64,000 nt of DNA from an uncultured Planctomycetota bacterium (GTDB taxonomy: Bacteria > Planctomycetota > Planctomycetia > Isosphaerales > Isosphaeraceae). The stretch is taken from NCBI GenBank assembly GCA_963737655.1, contig CAVTTN010000002.1, positions 4,032,001-4,096,000 on the forward strand. The letters are read 5' to 3'. The notes below the pieces were generated by a model. It was given only the letters and a program-made list of their open reading frames with translations, made no database searches and was not told the DNA's origin. Made by a program: the position numbers and the translations under genes. This document shows, one piece after another, positions 21,548 to 31,417 of this stretch (positions are counted from its first letter, which is position 1; every line of letters starts with the position of its first letter).

Positions 21548-24259
21548 ATGCTCGCCTGGTCATGGATGGCGTTCGCCCCCGTCCTGTTCGGGGCGGACCC
21601 GGCCGGCGCTCTCCCCGCCGACCCGTTCGCCCGGTTCGCCCTGCCTCCGGCCTGGCAGGCCCGGTTCTGGGACTCGGAGGATGCCCGGGCCCTCCGCGAC
21701 CTGACCCCTCGCCAGGTCGCCGACCTCGTGCCCGTCCAGTCCGGCCTCTGCCACGTCCGCTGCCCGTCCTGCGAACCCTCGACGGGCGAGGACTCGCTGC
21801 GATGGTCCCCGGCCCGACCCGACGTCCTGACCTGCCGACTCTGCCAGGCGACGTTCCCGAACGACCAGGTCCCGGCCAAGGTCGATGGGAAGGTGCCCGA
21901 GGAAGTGGTCGAGGTCGCCCCCCGACGTCTTCATCATTATCCCTATCATCCCGTCCCCCCCGACCATCAGCGATTCGCCGACGAACGCCTGTACCTCGCC
22001 GCGAAGAAGGACCACGAACGCCGCGAATTCCTCGCCAAGACCGCCCTTTACGCCGCGATCCGGCACCGCGACCGGAAGGCCGAGGGCGGCGACCCCCAGG
22101 CGGCCACGATCGCGGCGGTGATCCTCGTCCGATTCGCCCAGGTCTATCCCGACTACGCGACCCACTTCGATCCGCCGGACCAGCCCCCCCTGCTCGGGCC
22201 CGCCGACCCGGGCCCGACGCTCCGCCCCGGGTTCGCGATCGGCAAATGGGATTCCTCGGGCGCCCGAGACGTGCCGTTGAATCTCGTCGTCGCCTATTCG
22301 GCCCTGAGAGACGACCCGGCGCTCGTCGAGGCGGGCCAACTGCTCAACGAACCCGACCCGAAACGGGCCATCGAGGAGAACTTCCTCCGCAAGACGGCGG
22401 AATTCGTCGATCGACGGCCGTTCGAGGCCACGGAGTCCGGGTTGCTCGCCTGCCGGGGCGTGCTCGCCGTCGGTCGCGCCCTGAACGACCCGGGCCTGAT
22501 GCATCGGGGGGTCGCGAGGCTCGAATCGCTGATGACCCGGGGCTTCTACCACGACGGCTTCTGGCACGCGGGCGATCCCTCGTCGCATCGACGGGTGCTT
22601 GACCAGATCGACGGCTGGCTCGACCTCCTGCTGACCGGATATTCCGACCCTCCGGGCTTCCACCCCCCCGATGGCTCCCGACGCTTCGAGACGCTCGCCG
22701 GATCGAAGAGCCTGGCGATGATCGGACCCATCCGGTCGGCCAGCCCGACGATCGGGCCGAAGGGCACGAGCGAGGAGGCCCAGCTCGCCTCGTGGCCGGC
22801 GCCCCCGCGGACGTCCCCGCCTCGCCGCCCGAGCTTGCTGGGAGGCGCCGGGATCGCCCGGCTCGGCGTGGGCTCGGGCGAGGATGCCCTGGACGTCGAC
22901 CTGATGGGCCTGGGAGACGGCGGGCCGATCCCTCCGGGACGGCTGGGCCTCAAGCTAACCGTCGGCGGGAGGACGGTGCTCGACGACCTCGACGGCACGT
23001 CGCCCGCCACCGAGTGGGGCTTCGAACGCGCCTCGGCCAGCCGGAACACGATGCTCGTCGATGGCCTGAATCAACGAGAAACGCTGGATGAAGCTCGCAA
23101 GCCGGCGCCGGGGGCCGACGTCCTGTTCTTCGCGGCGGACCCGGATTTCCAGGTCGTGGTCATGGAGGACCGATTCGCCTATCCGCGATCGACGTCCCGT
23201 TATCGCGAGACGCTCGTCGTGTGCTCCGGGGGACGGACCCGGTTCGCGGTCTCGGTGTTCGAGGTCCGCGGCGGCCTCCAGCACGAGGAACTCTTCCACG
23301 GGTGCCCCGAGCCGGCCGCCCGGTGGCGACCGACGGTCCCCCTGGATGCCGGACCGACGAGCCTCTTGCCGCCGAAATTCGTCCTCGTCCCGACGGCCCG
23401 GCCCGAGGACGGCCGCTGGTTCCTCCAGGCGATGGGCGGGTTCACGGACCTCTCCTCGGGCCGGGCCGAACGGCCCTTCCAGGCGGAGCTCCAGGGCGAA
23501 GGGCCGCCGGGAGTCCGCCTCCATGTCCTGAATGAGTTCGCGACGACCCTTTACGTCGGCGCCTCGCCCGGGTCCTCCGGCCTGAAACGATCGAGCCTGG
23601 TCCTTCGGCGGAGGTCCGAGGATGGGGCGAGCCTTTCCTCCGCGTTCGTCACGGTGTTCGAGCCGATCGGCACCTCGGCGCCGCTTCGGAGGGTGGGTCG
23701 AGTCGAGCTCCGAGGCGGATGCCGTGGTCCTGGCGGTGGAGACGGCCGAAGGCCCGGAGACGCTGGTCGTGAACCTCAGCGGCGGACCCTCGCGACAGGT
23801 CAGCCTGGCGGATGGGCGGCCCCTGAAGACCGACGGGGTCGCCGTCCGGCTCCGAACCGACGGGATCACCCTGGCCGGCGGCACGTTCGCCGAGGCCGAC
23901 GGCCGAAAGGCCGAGCAGACCCGGGCCGGAGGCAGCATCGTGGCCGCGGGCCGATCCGAATCGAAGGCCGGCCTGGGTTGGTTTTCCACTCGGGAGGCGC
24001 TCCCCGATCCCGATTCGCTGGCCGGGCGGGCCCTCCTGATCCGCCACGGAGACGGCACCGTCCGGGGCTGGACGATCGTTTCGGCCCAGAACCGCGCCGA
24101 GGGAGGCGCCGGATCGTCGTCCGCGAGCCGCCCGGATTTCACATCGACGCCCGGACCGGCTCGGCCCAGTATGACTCCTTCCCCGGCTTCACCGTGCCCG
24201 GGCCCCACCGGTTCGGGATCTCCCGGATCGCCCGGAGTCCGGGAGCGGCCCTTCGTTGA
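21548..24259 (+). CDS. Secreted heparinase II/III-like (polysaccharide lyase fold) protein
   Basis: Signal-like N-terminus, CxxC pairs, helical domain (GFYHDGFW) and beta domain (SRNTMLVDGLNQ). The segment at about 23710-24110 reads sensibly only in the alternative frame (two compensating frameshifts). Confidence 0.6.
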   Translation: MLAWSWMAFAPVLFGADPAGALPADPFARFALPPAWQARFWDSEDARALRDLTPRQVADLVPVQSGLCHVRCPSCEPSTGEDSLRWSPARPDVLTCRLCQATFPNDQVPAKVDGKVPEEVVEVAPRRLHHYPYHPVPPDHQRFADERLYLAAKKDHERREFLAKTALYAAIRHRDRKAEGGDPQAATIAAVILVRFAQVYPDYATHFDPPDQPPLLGPADPGPTLRPGFAIGKWDSSGARDVPLNLVVAYSALRDDPALVEAGQLLNEPDPKRAIEENFLRKTAEFVDRRPFEATESGLLACRGVLAVGRALNDPGLMHRGVARLESLMTRGFYHDGFWHAGDPSSHRRVLDQIDGWLDLLLTGYSDPPGFHPPDGSRRFETLAGSKSLAMIGPIRSASPTIGPKGTSEEAQLASWPAPPRTSPPRRPSLLGGAGIARLGVGSGEDALDVDLMGLGDGGPIPPGRLGLKLTVGGRTVLDDLDGTSPATEWGFERASASRNTMLVDGLNQRETLDEARKPAPGADVLFFAADPDFQVVVMEDRFAYPRSTSRYRETLVVCSGGRTRFAVSVFEVRGGLQHEELFHGCPEPAARWRPTVPLDAGPTSLLPPKFVLVPTARPEDGRWFLQAMGGFTDLSSGRAERPFQAELQGEGPPGVRLHVLNEFATTLYVGASPGSSGLKRSSLVLRRRSEDGASLSSAFVTVFEPIGTSAPLRRVGRVELRGGCRGPGGGDGRRPGDAGREPQRRTLATGQPGGWAAPEDRRGRRPAPNRRDHPGRRHVRRGRRPKGRADPGRRQHRGRGPIRIEGRPGLVFHSGGAPRSRFAGRAGPPDPPRRRHRPGLDDRFGPEPRRGRRRIVVREPPGFHIDARTGSAQYDSFPGFTVPGPHRFGISRIARSPGAALR

Positions 24260-24363
24260 CGGGGCCGTCGCGGCGATTAGGATGGAGGGCCGCGAAGGTC
24301 CGCGAGCGTCTCGCTCCCGCGGTCCCGCGATCGGGCCGACATCTCCGAGGTCGCAAGCCGCCA

Positions 24364-25125
24364 ATGATCCGACGATGGGAAGGCTCCGGGACGTCGTATC
24401 GCATCGAGTGGGGCGGGGCGCCGTGGCAACTCCTCCTCGATGCGCCCCAACCCGGCCTGATCGGCCCGGGGCTGGGTCCGGTCCTGGCATTGGAGGGCCT
24501 CGCCAGGCCGGGCCGGTGGGATCGCCAGGCGCTGTCGGGGTCATCGTTGATCCAATCTCATGTTCACTACAATGGCGTGGAGGCCATCTATCGCCCGGAC
24601 GGCTGGGGCGAAACGACCGTGACGGCCACCTGGCGGCCGAGAGATGAGGAAGGGATGGATCTCCAGGTGGAGATCCAGGCCCGGTCCGTCGGCGAGCTCC
24701 AGGCCGTCGAGGTCAAGCTCTTGAGCGCCCTGGAGCCTCTTCCTCCGCTGGGCTCCCATCGCTCCGTGGAGCCTCGCGACGCCGCCTCGGCCGCCCTGAG
24801 CTACGACGGCCGCGAGGACGACCTGGCCCGCCTCGTCACCGGGCCTCCCGGCGAACCGAGGGGGCCGTGGTTCGTCCCCAGGAAAGGCATCCCGGGACGG
24901 ACCTACGTCGAGATCGCCCATCCCGAGGACGCCAGCCGACGGATCTCCGAGGGCCGCCTCCCGTTCGGCGCCTGCCGCGTCGCCCTGTTCGGCCACGACC
25001 TGGAACGAGGCGTCGCGTTGCGAGGCCGGGTCCGCGCGTTCTGGTGCCCGGACGCCTCGGCCTTCGAGGATGCCGAGCGACATCTCCACGAATTCCTGGC
25101 CGAGCCTCCTCCGCTGTCCCACTAA
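24364..25125 (+). CDS. Hypothetical protein
   Basis: Protein-like ORF co-oriented with its neighbours. Confidence 0.65.
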   Translation: MIRRWEGSGTSYRIEWGGAPWQLLLDAPQPGLIGPGLGPVLALEGLARPGRWDRQALSGSSLIQSHVHYNGVEAIYRPDGWGETTVTATWRPRDEEGMDLQVEIQARSVGELQAVEVKLLSALEPLPPLGSHRSVEPRDAASAALSYDGREDDLARLVTGPPGEPRGPWFVPRKGIPGRTYVEIAHPEDASRRISEGRLPFGACRVALFGHDLERGVALRGRVRAFWCPDASAFEDAERHLHEFLAEPPPLSH

Positions 25126-25520
25126 ATCCCGGGCGGGTCGGGCTCCGCCTGGGAGGCGATGGGGACGACCGATGATGCCATTGGGGACCGCTGGATCCGG
25201 CCGCTTGCACGCATTGATCGCTCGACATCCCGTCATTTTTTGATTCGGGCCGGCGCTCCCTTGTGATGCCCGTAGGCTCGGGTTAGAATCCACCTTCACA
25301 AGTCAAATCCGAGGCTCGCCCAGCGGTCACGAATCCCCGCCATCCTCTTCACCCTGGCGGGGTCGGGTTCGAGCCTCTCCAACGCATTTGCGAATCGAAT
25401 CAGTCCGGGGCATGGTTTCTCGTCGCCGGGGCGTCGCGCCGGGACGGGCCGTCATGCCATCCCGCCACCGATCCGCCCCACGGCGGCCCCTGGCGGCTTC
25501 ACCCTCGGGGGGAGGAGACC

Positions 25521-26879
25521 ATGAGGCGAGGGACCGGCCGGACATCGCGGGTCGCCATTCACGCCGGGATCGTCGCCGGGGTGTTCGGGCTGGCGGCCTC
25601 GGCCGTCGCGGGGGACCCGAAGCCGGTCCCGACGTTCTCGAAAAACGTCGCGCCGATCCTCCAGGCGAAATGCCAGACCTGCCATCGCAAGCACGAGGTC
25701 GGTCCGTTCGCCCTGGAGACCTACGAGCAGGCGAGGAAGCGGGCCGACGACATCGCATCGGTCACCGAGGGGCGGTCGATGCCGCCCTGGAAGCCGTCGC
25801 CGGGCGTCGGCCCCAAGCTCAAGCATGACCAGTCCCTGACCAAGGCCGAGATCGGCATCCTGGCCGCCTGGGCCGAGGGAGGTGCCCCTCAGGGCGATCC
25901 CAAGGACCTCCCGCCCCCTCCGGAATTCATCCAGGGCTGGAAGCTCGGCCCGCCCGACCTGATCCTCGAGCCCTCCGAGGATTTCGAGGTCCCCGCCTCC
26001 GGCCCCGACACCTACCGATGCTTCGTCCTGCCGACGAACCTGACGCAGGACATGTCCCTGGAGGCGATCGACTACAAGGCCGGCTTCCGCGAGGCGGTCC
26101 ATCACGTGATCAGCTACATCGACACCAGCGGCTTGGCCCGGACCCTGGACGCCGCCGAGCCCGGGCCCGGCTACTCCTCGTCCACAGGGGGCGGCAACGT
26201 CGGGGCCGACGAGCTGGGCTTCTGGACCACCGGAAGCGTCCCCCACCGCCTGCCCGAGGGAGTCGGGATCCGCCTGCCCCGCCAGTCGGACATCATCCTC
26301 CAGGTGCACTACCACCCCAACGGCAAGCCGGGCGCCGACCGCACCCGGATCGGCCTCTACTTCGCCCGCAAGCCGATCAAGCAGGCTCTGCACTGGAACA
26401 ATGCCTCCTGCTACAACTTCCGCCTCCCGGCCGGGATCGACCGGATCGAGGTCAAGGCAAGCTGGTTCGTCCCCGTGGCGCTGGACGCCCTGGCCGTGGC
26501 GCCCCACATGCACCAGCTCGGCCGGGACATTCACATGTTCGTCGTCTACCCCGACGGCAAGACGAAGGACCTGATACACATCGCCGACTGGGACCCGTCC
26601 TGGCAAAGTGCCTACTACTTCGAGAAGCCCGTGCCGCTGCCCGCCGGGTCGGTCGTCAAGGTCGTCGCCCACTTCGACAACTCCGGTCACCCCCGCAACC
26701 CCAACAGCCCGCCGAAGCTGGTCACCTATGGCTCCAATGCCGACGACGAGATGTGCGTCGGATACATCGCCGTGGTCAAGAAGGGCCAGGACCTCACCGT
26801 CCCCCGGGCGGTCGATGACCTCTACGAGATCTTCCAGAAACAGCGGGTGCGCAACGCCGGGAAGCGCCCCTCGAAGTGA
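25521..26879 (+). CDS. Secreted c-type heme (CxxCH) + copper type II ascorbate-dependent monooxygenase-like protein
   Basis: Signal peptide, CQTCH, MPPWK, HHV, QVHYH, PHMHQLG, DWDPSWQ and DEMC. Confidence 0.85.
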   Translation: MRRGTGRTSRVAIHAGIVAGVFGLAASAVAGDPKPVPTFSKNVAPILQAKCQTCHRKHEVGPFALETYEQARKRADDIASVTEGRSMPPWKPSPGVGPKLKHDQSLTKAEIGILAAWAEGGAPQGDPKDLPPPPEFIQGWKLGPPDLILEPSEDFEVPASGPDTYRCFVLPTNLTQDMSLEAIDYKAGFREAVHHVISYIDTSGLARTLDAAEPGPGYSSSTGGGNVGADELGFWTTGSVPHRLPEGVGIRLPRQSDIILQVHYHPNGKPGADRTRIGLYFARKPIKQALHWNNASCYNFRLPAGIDRIEVKASWFVPVALDALAVAPHMHQLGRDIHMFVVYPDGKTKDLIHIADWDPSWQSAYYFEKPVPLPAGSVVKVVAHFDNSGHPRNPNSPPKLVTYGSNADDEMCVGYIAVVKKGQDLTVPRAVDDLYEIFQKQRVRNAGKRPSK

Positions 26880-26993
26880 CCGGACCGGGCGAATCGGGCG
26901 AACCTGGGCGGCCGCGCCCTTCCCGACGTTGCGGCGATTGTCGTAGACTGGGGCGAGTGGGCCTCGCTGTCAATGGCGACCGAGGGTAGACGC

Positions 26994-28484
26994 ATGACCG
27001 AACTCCGCGCCGCGATCCTGCTCTCCGCGTTCGCCACGACGGGCCTCGCCGCGCCCGCCCCGGACGGGGACTCGAAGCCGGTGACCTTCAACAAGGACGT
27101 GGCCCCCATCCTGTTCCGCCAGTGCGCCGGATGCCACCGGCCGGGCGAGGTCGCCCCGTTCTCCCTTCTGAGCTTCCGCGACGCCTCCAAGCGCGCGGGG
27201 CTGATCGCCGAGCTGACCTCGGATCGCCGGATGCCGCCGTGGAAGGCGGAGCACGGGGCCGGCCACTTCGCCGGCGAGCGTCGGCTGACCGACGACCAGA
27301 TCGGCGTCCTCCGTCGCTGGGCCGAGTCGGGCGCCGTCGAGGGCGACGCGGCCGACCTCCCGCCCACCCCGGTGTTCACCTCGGGCTGGCAGTTGGGCGA
27401 GCCCGACCTGATTTTGAAGATGTCCGAGCCGTACACCCTCGCCGCCTCCGGGCCCGACGAGTACCGCTGCTTCGTCCTGCCGATCCAGATCCCGGCCGGC
27501 AAGTCGATCCGGTCCATCGAGTACCGGCCCGGCAACCGCAAGGTGGTCCATCACGCCGTGATGACCTCGATGCCCCACGACGAGGCGGTCGCCCGGCTGT
27601 CGGAGGCCGACGGCAAGAGCTTCCTCTCGGGGCTGGCCCCTCCGGGCAGGCTCCTGTCGGGCCCCCTGTCGATCTGGACCCCGGGCATGGAGCCTCACCT
27701 GATGCCGGTCGAGCTCGCCGCCCCCTGGCCCGAGAAGACCGACCTGGTCCTCCAGCTCCACCTCCACCCCAGCGGCAAGCCCGAGGTGGAGCAATCGGTG
27801 CTCGGCATCCACCTGACCGACGAGAAGCCCAAGGCCCGCCTCCAGATGAACGTCTTCTCCAGCAACCGGATCGACATCCCCGCCGGCAAGGAAGACTTCG
27901 AGCTGACGGCCTCCAAGACCCTCCGCGGCGAGTCCGTGATCTTCGGCATCTTCCCCCACATGCACCTGATCGGCAAGTCGGTTCGCGCCGAGGCCACGCT
28001 GCCCGATGCCACCAAGCTCCCCTTGATCTCCATCGCCGACTGGGACTTCAACTGGCAGTATTATTACCAGTACGCCGAGCCCCTTCGCCTCCCGGCCGGG
28101 ACGAAGATCGACGTGCGCTGGACCTACGACAACTCGGCCTCGAACCCCGCCAATCCCAGCAAGCCGCCGAAACGGGTGACCTTCGGCGAGCAGACGACCG
28201 ACGAGATGGCGTTCCTGATCTTCGACATGATCGCCACCGGCCCCGCCGCCGAGCGAAAGCCGCCCTCGCCCGAGGAGATGGCCCGTCGCGCCTCCGCGGC
28301 GATGAAGATGCTCGACAAGAACGGAGACGGGTTCGTGGACGAGGCGGAGATCACCTCGTCCCCGCTCGGGCCCCTGCCCGCCTCGGAGGTCAAGAGGCGG
28401 ATCGCCCAGGCGGACAAGGACGGCGACTCCAAGCTCAACGCCGACGAATTCCTCCAGCTCCTCAAGTCGATCATGCGGCCCTGA
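26994..28484 (+). CDS. Paralogous heme-c/copper monooxygenase-like protein with C-terminal EF-hands
   Basis: CAGCH, HHA, LHLH, PHMHLIG, DWDFNWQ and DEMA; EF-hand loops DKNGDGFVDEAE and DKDGDSKLNADE. Confidence 0.85.
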   Translation: MTELRAAILLSAFATTGLAAPAPDGDSKPVTFNKDVAPILFRQCAGCHRPGEVAPFSLLSFRDASKRAGLIAELTSDRRMPPWKAEHGAGHFAGERRLTDDQIGVLRRWAESGAVEGDAADLPPTPVFTSGWQLGEPDLILKMSEPYTLAASGPDEYRCFVLPIQIPAGKSIRSIEYRPGNRKVVHHAVMTSMPHDEAVARLSEADGKSFLSGLAPPGRLLSGPLSIWTPGMEPHLMPVELAAPWPEKTDLVLQLHLHPSGKPEVEQSVLGIHLTDEKPKARLQMNVFSSNRIDIPAGKEDFELTASKTLRGESVIFGIFPHMHLIGKSVRAEATLPDATKLPLISIADWDFNWQYYYQYAEPLRLPAGTKIDVRWTYDNSASNPANPSKPPKRVTFGEQTTDEMAFLIFDMIATGPAAERKPPSPEEMARRASAAMKMLDKNGDGFVDEAEITSSPLGPLPASEVKRRIAQADKDGDSKLNADEFLQLLKSIMRP

Positions 28485-28491
28485 CGGCGCG

Positions 28492-28533
28492 AAAAAGCTC
28501 GCCGTCCCGATGACCCAATCGCGGACGGCGAGC
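28492..28533 (-). terminator. Rho-independent terminator between convergent genes
   Basis: GCTCGCCGTCC/GGACGGCGAGC 11-bp stem (28497-28533) followed on the minus strand by TTTTT. Confidence 0.65.
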
Positions 28534-28615
28534 CTCATGAGTCGGCCCGACTCGAGGCCCAACACTCTCAGGGGTTTGCAACCGTGCATGCCCGTCCCCC
28601 TTTGGTGGGACGCCC

Positions 28616-29434
28616 TTATGAGATCGACTTGAGGGTCACGACGAAGATCAGGGTCGAGTTGGCCGGGATCGGCCCGTTCGCCGTCGCCCCGTATCCTTCG
28701 GCCGGCGGGATCACGATGATCCGCGCCTCCCCGACCCGCATCCCGGCCACTCCCGAGTCGAAACCCGGGACGACCTGCCCGGCGCCCACCGAGAAGCCCA
28801 GGGTCGATCCCCCGTCGTTGATCGAATCGTCGAAGATCCGGCCATTCCTGGCGAGATAGCCGGTGTAGAGGACGTTCGCGGTTTGTCCCGATTGGATCGC
28901 CGGGCCCGATCCGTCGGCGGTCGTGGCGACCTCCACGCCTCCGGTCAGGGACGTGTAGGACGGTTGGCCGACCGTGAACGCCCGGGCCGCCTTGCTCCTG
29001 GCGAAGGAGCCCGCGGGGACGAACACGGCAGTCAGCGAATGCCGGCCGAAGTAGTAGGCCGCGCCTCCCGGAGGCTGTTCCAGGGTCGCGGACGCGGAAC
29101 TGGATGCGAACCTCGGATTCGTCGAGGCCGAGGGAGAGACCGAGAGCGAGGCGATCACCTGGCCGTGGTCCAGGATGTTCACCGTCCCAACCGGGGACCC
29201 CGCCGAGGCGGCGGCGGAGACCGTCACGCCCAGGCCGATCGGCTGACCCAGGGTCCCCGCGCTGACGGTCAGCGTCGTCCGGGTCGCCGCGTTGCGGGCG
29301 GCGAGTGCCGAGACATCAGCCGCCGCCCGGGGCAGCTCGCTCGCCGAGGCGACCCCGGAAAGGGCCAGTCGCCGTTCCAGGGTCGAATCGTGATCGGAGA
29401 ACGCCGGAACGAAATGGGATCGTTTCTTGTTCAT
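28616..29434 (-). CDS. FKBP-type peptidyl-prolyl isomerase with planctomycete-type leader and Ig-like domain
   Basis: LERRLALS leader, Ser/Thr/Ala-rich beta domain, then YTGYL..GRIFDDS..GQVVPGFDSGVAGMRVGE..IPPAEGYG..IPANSTLIFVV. Confidence 0.88.
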   Translation of the reverse strand: MNKKRSHFVPAFSDHDSTLERRLALSGVASASELPRAAADVSALAARNAATRTTLTVSAGTLGQPIGLGVTVSAAASAGSPVGTVNILDHGQVIASLSVSPSASTNPRFASSSASATLEQPPGGAAYYFGRHSLTAVFVPAGSFARSKAARAFTVGQPSYTSLTGGVEVATTADGSGPAIQSGQTANVLYTGYLARNGRIFDDSINDGGSTLGFSVGAGQVVPGFDSGVAGMRVGEARIIVIPPAEGYGATANGPIPANSTLIFVVTLKSIS

Positions 29435-29831
29435 GATACCATCCATGAGAACGTCTTGCTCAGCAAGCCGAAAGGCTGCCCGCCGGACCGATCGAACCGG
29501 CCGCCGGCCGCTCCTTGGCCCCAGGGACGGACAGGATACGGACCATCCGCCGGCCTGTAAACGAGGATTCGCCACGACGGCAGGCCAGCTCCTTCACAGG
29601 AGGCCAGCGAAGTCTCGAATCCCGAGATAACGACGCCCGACCGGGTCCTCTCGACCGACCCCCGACCGAGCCGATCGAATCCGGCCGATCGACCCAACAC
29701 CGCGATCCGCCCGTCAGGCAGGCGACGCGTGGAACGAGCACGAGCCATCCCATTTCGGGACCTTGCAGGAGCAGGAAGGAGTTCCATCCACCCTTCCGCC
29801 ACCCATCAAGCCCGGGGATCGCCTGGAAGAA

Positions 29832-29853
29832 GCTGGGGATCCAGGATTCGAAC
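29832..29853 (-). other. att site: 3' fragment of tRNA-Gln (T-loop + acceptor strand)
   Basis: Minus strand reads GTTCGAATCCTGG-ATCCCCA-G-C: TTCGAA T-loop, 3' T-stem, a tRNA-Gln-type acceptor strand and G discriminator. The 5' half of the tRNA is absent. Confidence 0.72.
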
Positions 29854-29960
29854 TCGATCCTCCGCACCGACGCAACCCCTCTTCACAGAACACAAACCGT
29901 TTTGAATAAGGATTTTACATCTAGCGTCGGAGTACCCGTCATTCCCCCTCATTCGGCCTG

Positions 29961-30006
29961 AATCTCCCTCATTTCGCCTCACTCGTGGGGAGATTTGAGG
30001 GAGATT
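29961..30006. repeat. Putative integrase arm-type repeats
   Basis: AATCTCCCTCA (29961-29971) is the exact inverse of TGAGGGAGATT (29996-30006). TGGGGAGATT (29986-29995) is a tandem near-copy. About 110 bp inside the att site. Confidence 0.5.
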
Positions 30007-30152
30007 CTTGTATCGACGATATCGAGTTCATTGATGCTTAATTCGCACCAGCTAGGTCCGTTGGGAGCCTCGAAACTGCATCCTTCGATGTCTCTTTCGG
30101 ACGGCCAAGACAACGAGCGACCATACCGACCTCCCAGCAAGGATTTCGGTGA

Positions 30153-30668
30153 TCAATCAGCCGGGTTCTCGGCGTGGGCGGCGTCCTTCCAGTATCGGAA
30201 CGTGTCCGAGGTGATCCCGGACTCGCCGCCGTCCCGGTACGACTCCAGGAACTCGAAGAAGGCCCGGCTCGGCCCGTCCAGCCCGAGAATTCGGGTGCTG
30301 GCCAGGACACGGGTGATCCGCAGCCAGTTGTGGTTGGGGTGCAGCCAGACAACCTTCTTCTGGTCGAAATCCCGGACCTTCACGACCCGTCCGTCCTCGA
30401 AGCGAAGTCCCACGAAGGCCAGGAAGACCTCCAACGACCGCAGCAGGTTCTCTCGCAGCTTGGGGTCGGCGTGGAACTCGGCGATGTCGGCGTCGGTCAG
30501 GAGCGGGGCCTGGGAGTTGAACTGGCTCGGCTCACGCAGCGGGAACATCCACTGGATGAAATCGTGGACGTCCTCCAACTGCCCATCGGAGAAGGCCCAC
30601 ATCCCGGCCAGGGTGCGGCCTCGGTTGTCGGTGCCGGCTCCCAGATAGAACTCGGTGAGTCGGGACAT
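30153..30668 (-). CDS. Opioid growth factor receptor (OGFr_N) domain protein
   Basis: Motifs LEDVHDFIQWMFPL..S.FN..AP and NHNWLRITRVL.S..ILGL; AGGAG RBS. Confidence 0.85.
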   Translation of the reverse strand: MSRLTEFYLGAGTDNRGRTLAGMWAFSDGQLEDVHDFIQWMFPLREPSQFNSQAPLLTDADIAEFHADPKLRENLLRSLEVFLAFVGLRFEDGRVVKVRDFDQKKVVWLHPNHNWLRITRVLASTRILGLDGPSRAFFEFLESYRDGGESGITSDTFRYWKDAAHAENPAD

Positions 30669-30744
30669 CTCAACGCTCCTCGGGATGCCGGGAAGGCTCG
30701 GATTGTCGATGTCATCGAATCGATGATGTCCTCGGGAGGGGCGG

Positions 30745-31404
30745 TCAGCGACGACGCATCCTCCCTTCCCGATCAACTTGCCAAACATCCCCGGCGTTGA
30801 CCTCCAGGGCCGTCTGCCAGCCTCCCCCGTGGCAATGGGTGTCTATGCACTTGAGGTGGCCCAGATCGAGGATCTCGCCAGACTTCTGCGAGCTGTGCTC
30901 GACGATGACGATCTTGCCCGAGTCGTGCGGGCCGGGCGTCATGTCCCGCAGCGATTCCCACCGGAGCATCGAGACGCTCTGCTCGGCCATCGGCAGTTCG
31001 GGATCGTAGTTGGCGTGTACGAAGATGTGGGTCTCGGTCTCGTGATGATCGAGGCAGCCTTCGAGGAAGGCGAAATGCTCGTCGGGGATCAGGGCAAGGT
31101 CACGGTCGGTGCCATACGAGTCGAGCGTGGCGATTCCGCCCATGCCGAGCCAGGTCGTCGGGTGGAGCCCGGAGCGGGCCTCCAGGAGCATCTGGTCGTG
31201 GTTGCCCAGGATCGGGACCAGGCGGCAGCGACGACCCAGGTCGATGAGCCTGTCGAGGACGTCCCGGCTGTCGAGGCCACGGTTGATGTAGTCGCCCAGG
31301 GTGACCATCACGTCGTCGGGCTGGGGATGGATAGCCTCGATCAGGGCGTGGAAGGCCGCCGAGCAGCCGTGGATGTCGCCGATGGCGATGGTGCGGGCGT
31401 CCAT
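30745..31404 (-). CDS. Calcineurin-like metallophosphoesterase (PrpA/PPP Ser/Thr phosphatase-like)
   Basis: Motifs IGDIHG, GDYINRG, LGNHD, FVHA and CIDT. The GDYxDRG and GHT motifs are altered (N; EHS). Confidence 0.85.
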   Translation of the reverse strand: MDARTIAIGDIHGCSAAFHALIEAIHPQPDDVMVTLGDYINRGLDSRDVLDRLIDLGRRCRLVPILGNHDQMLLEARSGLHPTTWLGMGGIATLDSYGTDRDLALIPDEHFAFLEGCLDHHETETHIFVHANYDPELPMAEQSVSMLRWESLRDMTPGPHDSGKIVIVEHSSQKSGEILDLGHLKCIDTHCHGGGWQTALEVNAGDVWQVDREGRMRRR

Positions 31405-31417
31405 GGGCTCGACATCC

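Noticed and set aside
29832..29910. Complete tRNA gene
   Set aside because: Only the T-loop and 3' acceptor strand are present; no D-arm, anticodon arm or 5' acceptor strand upstream.
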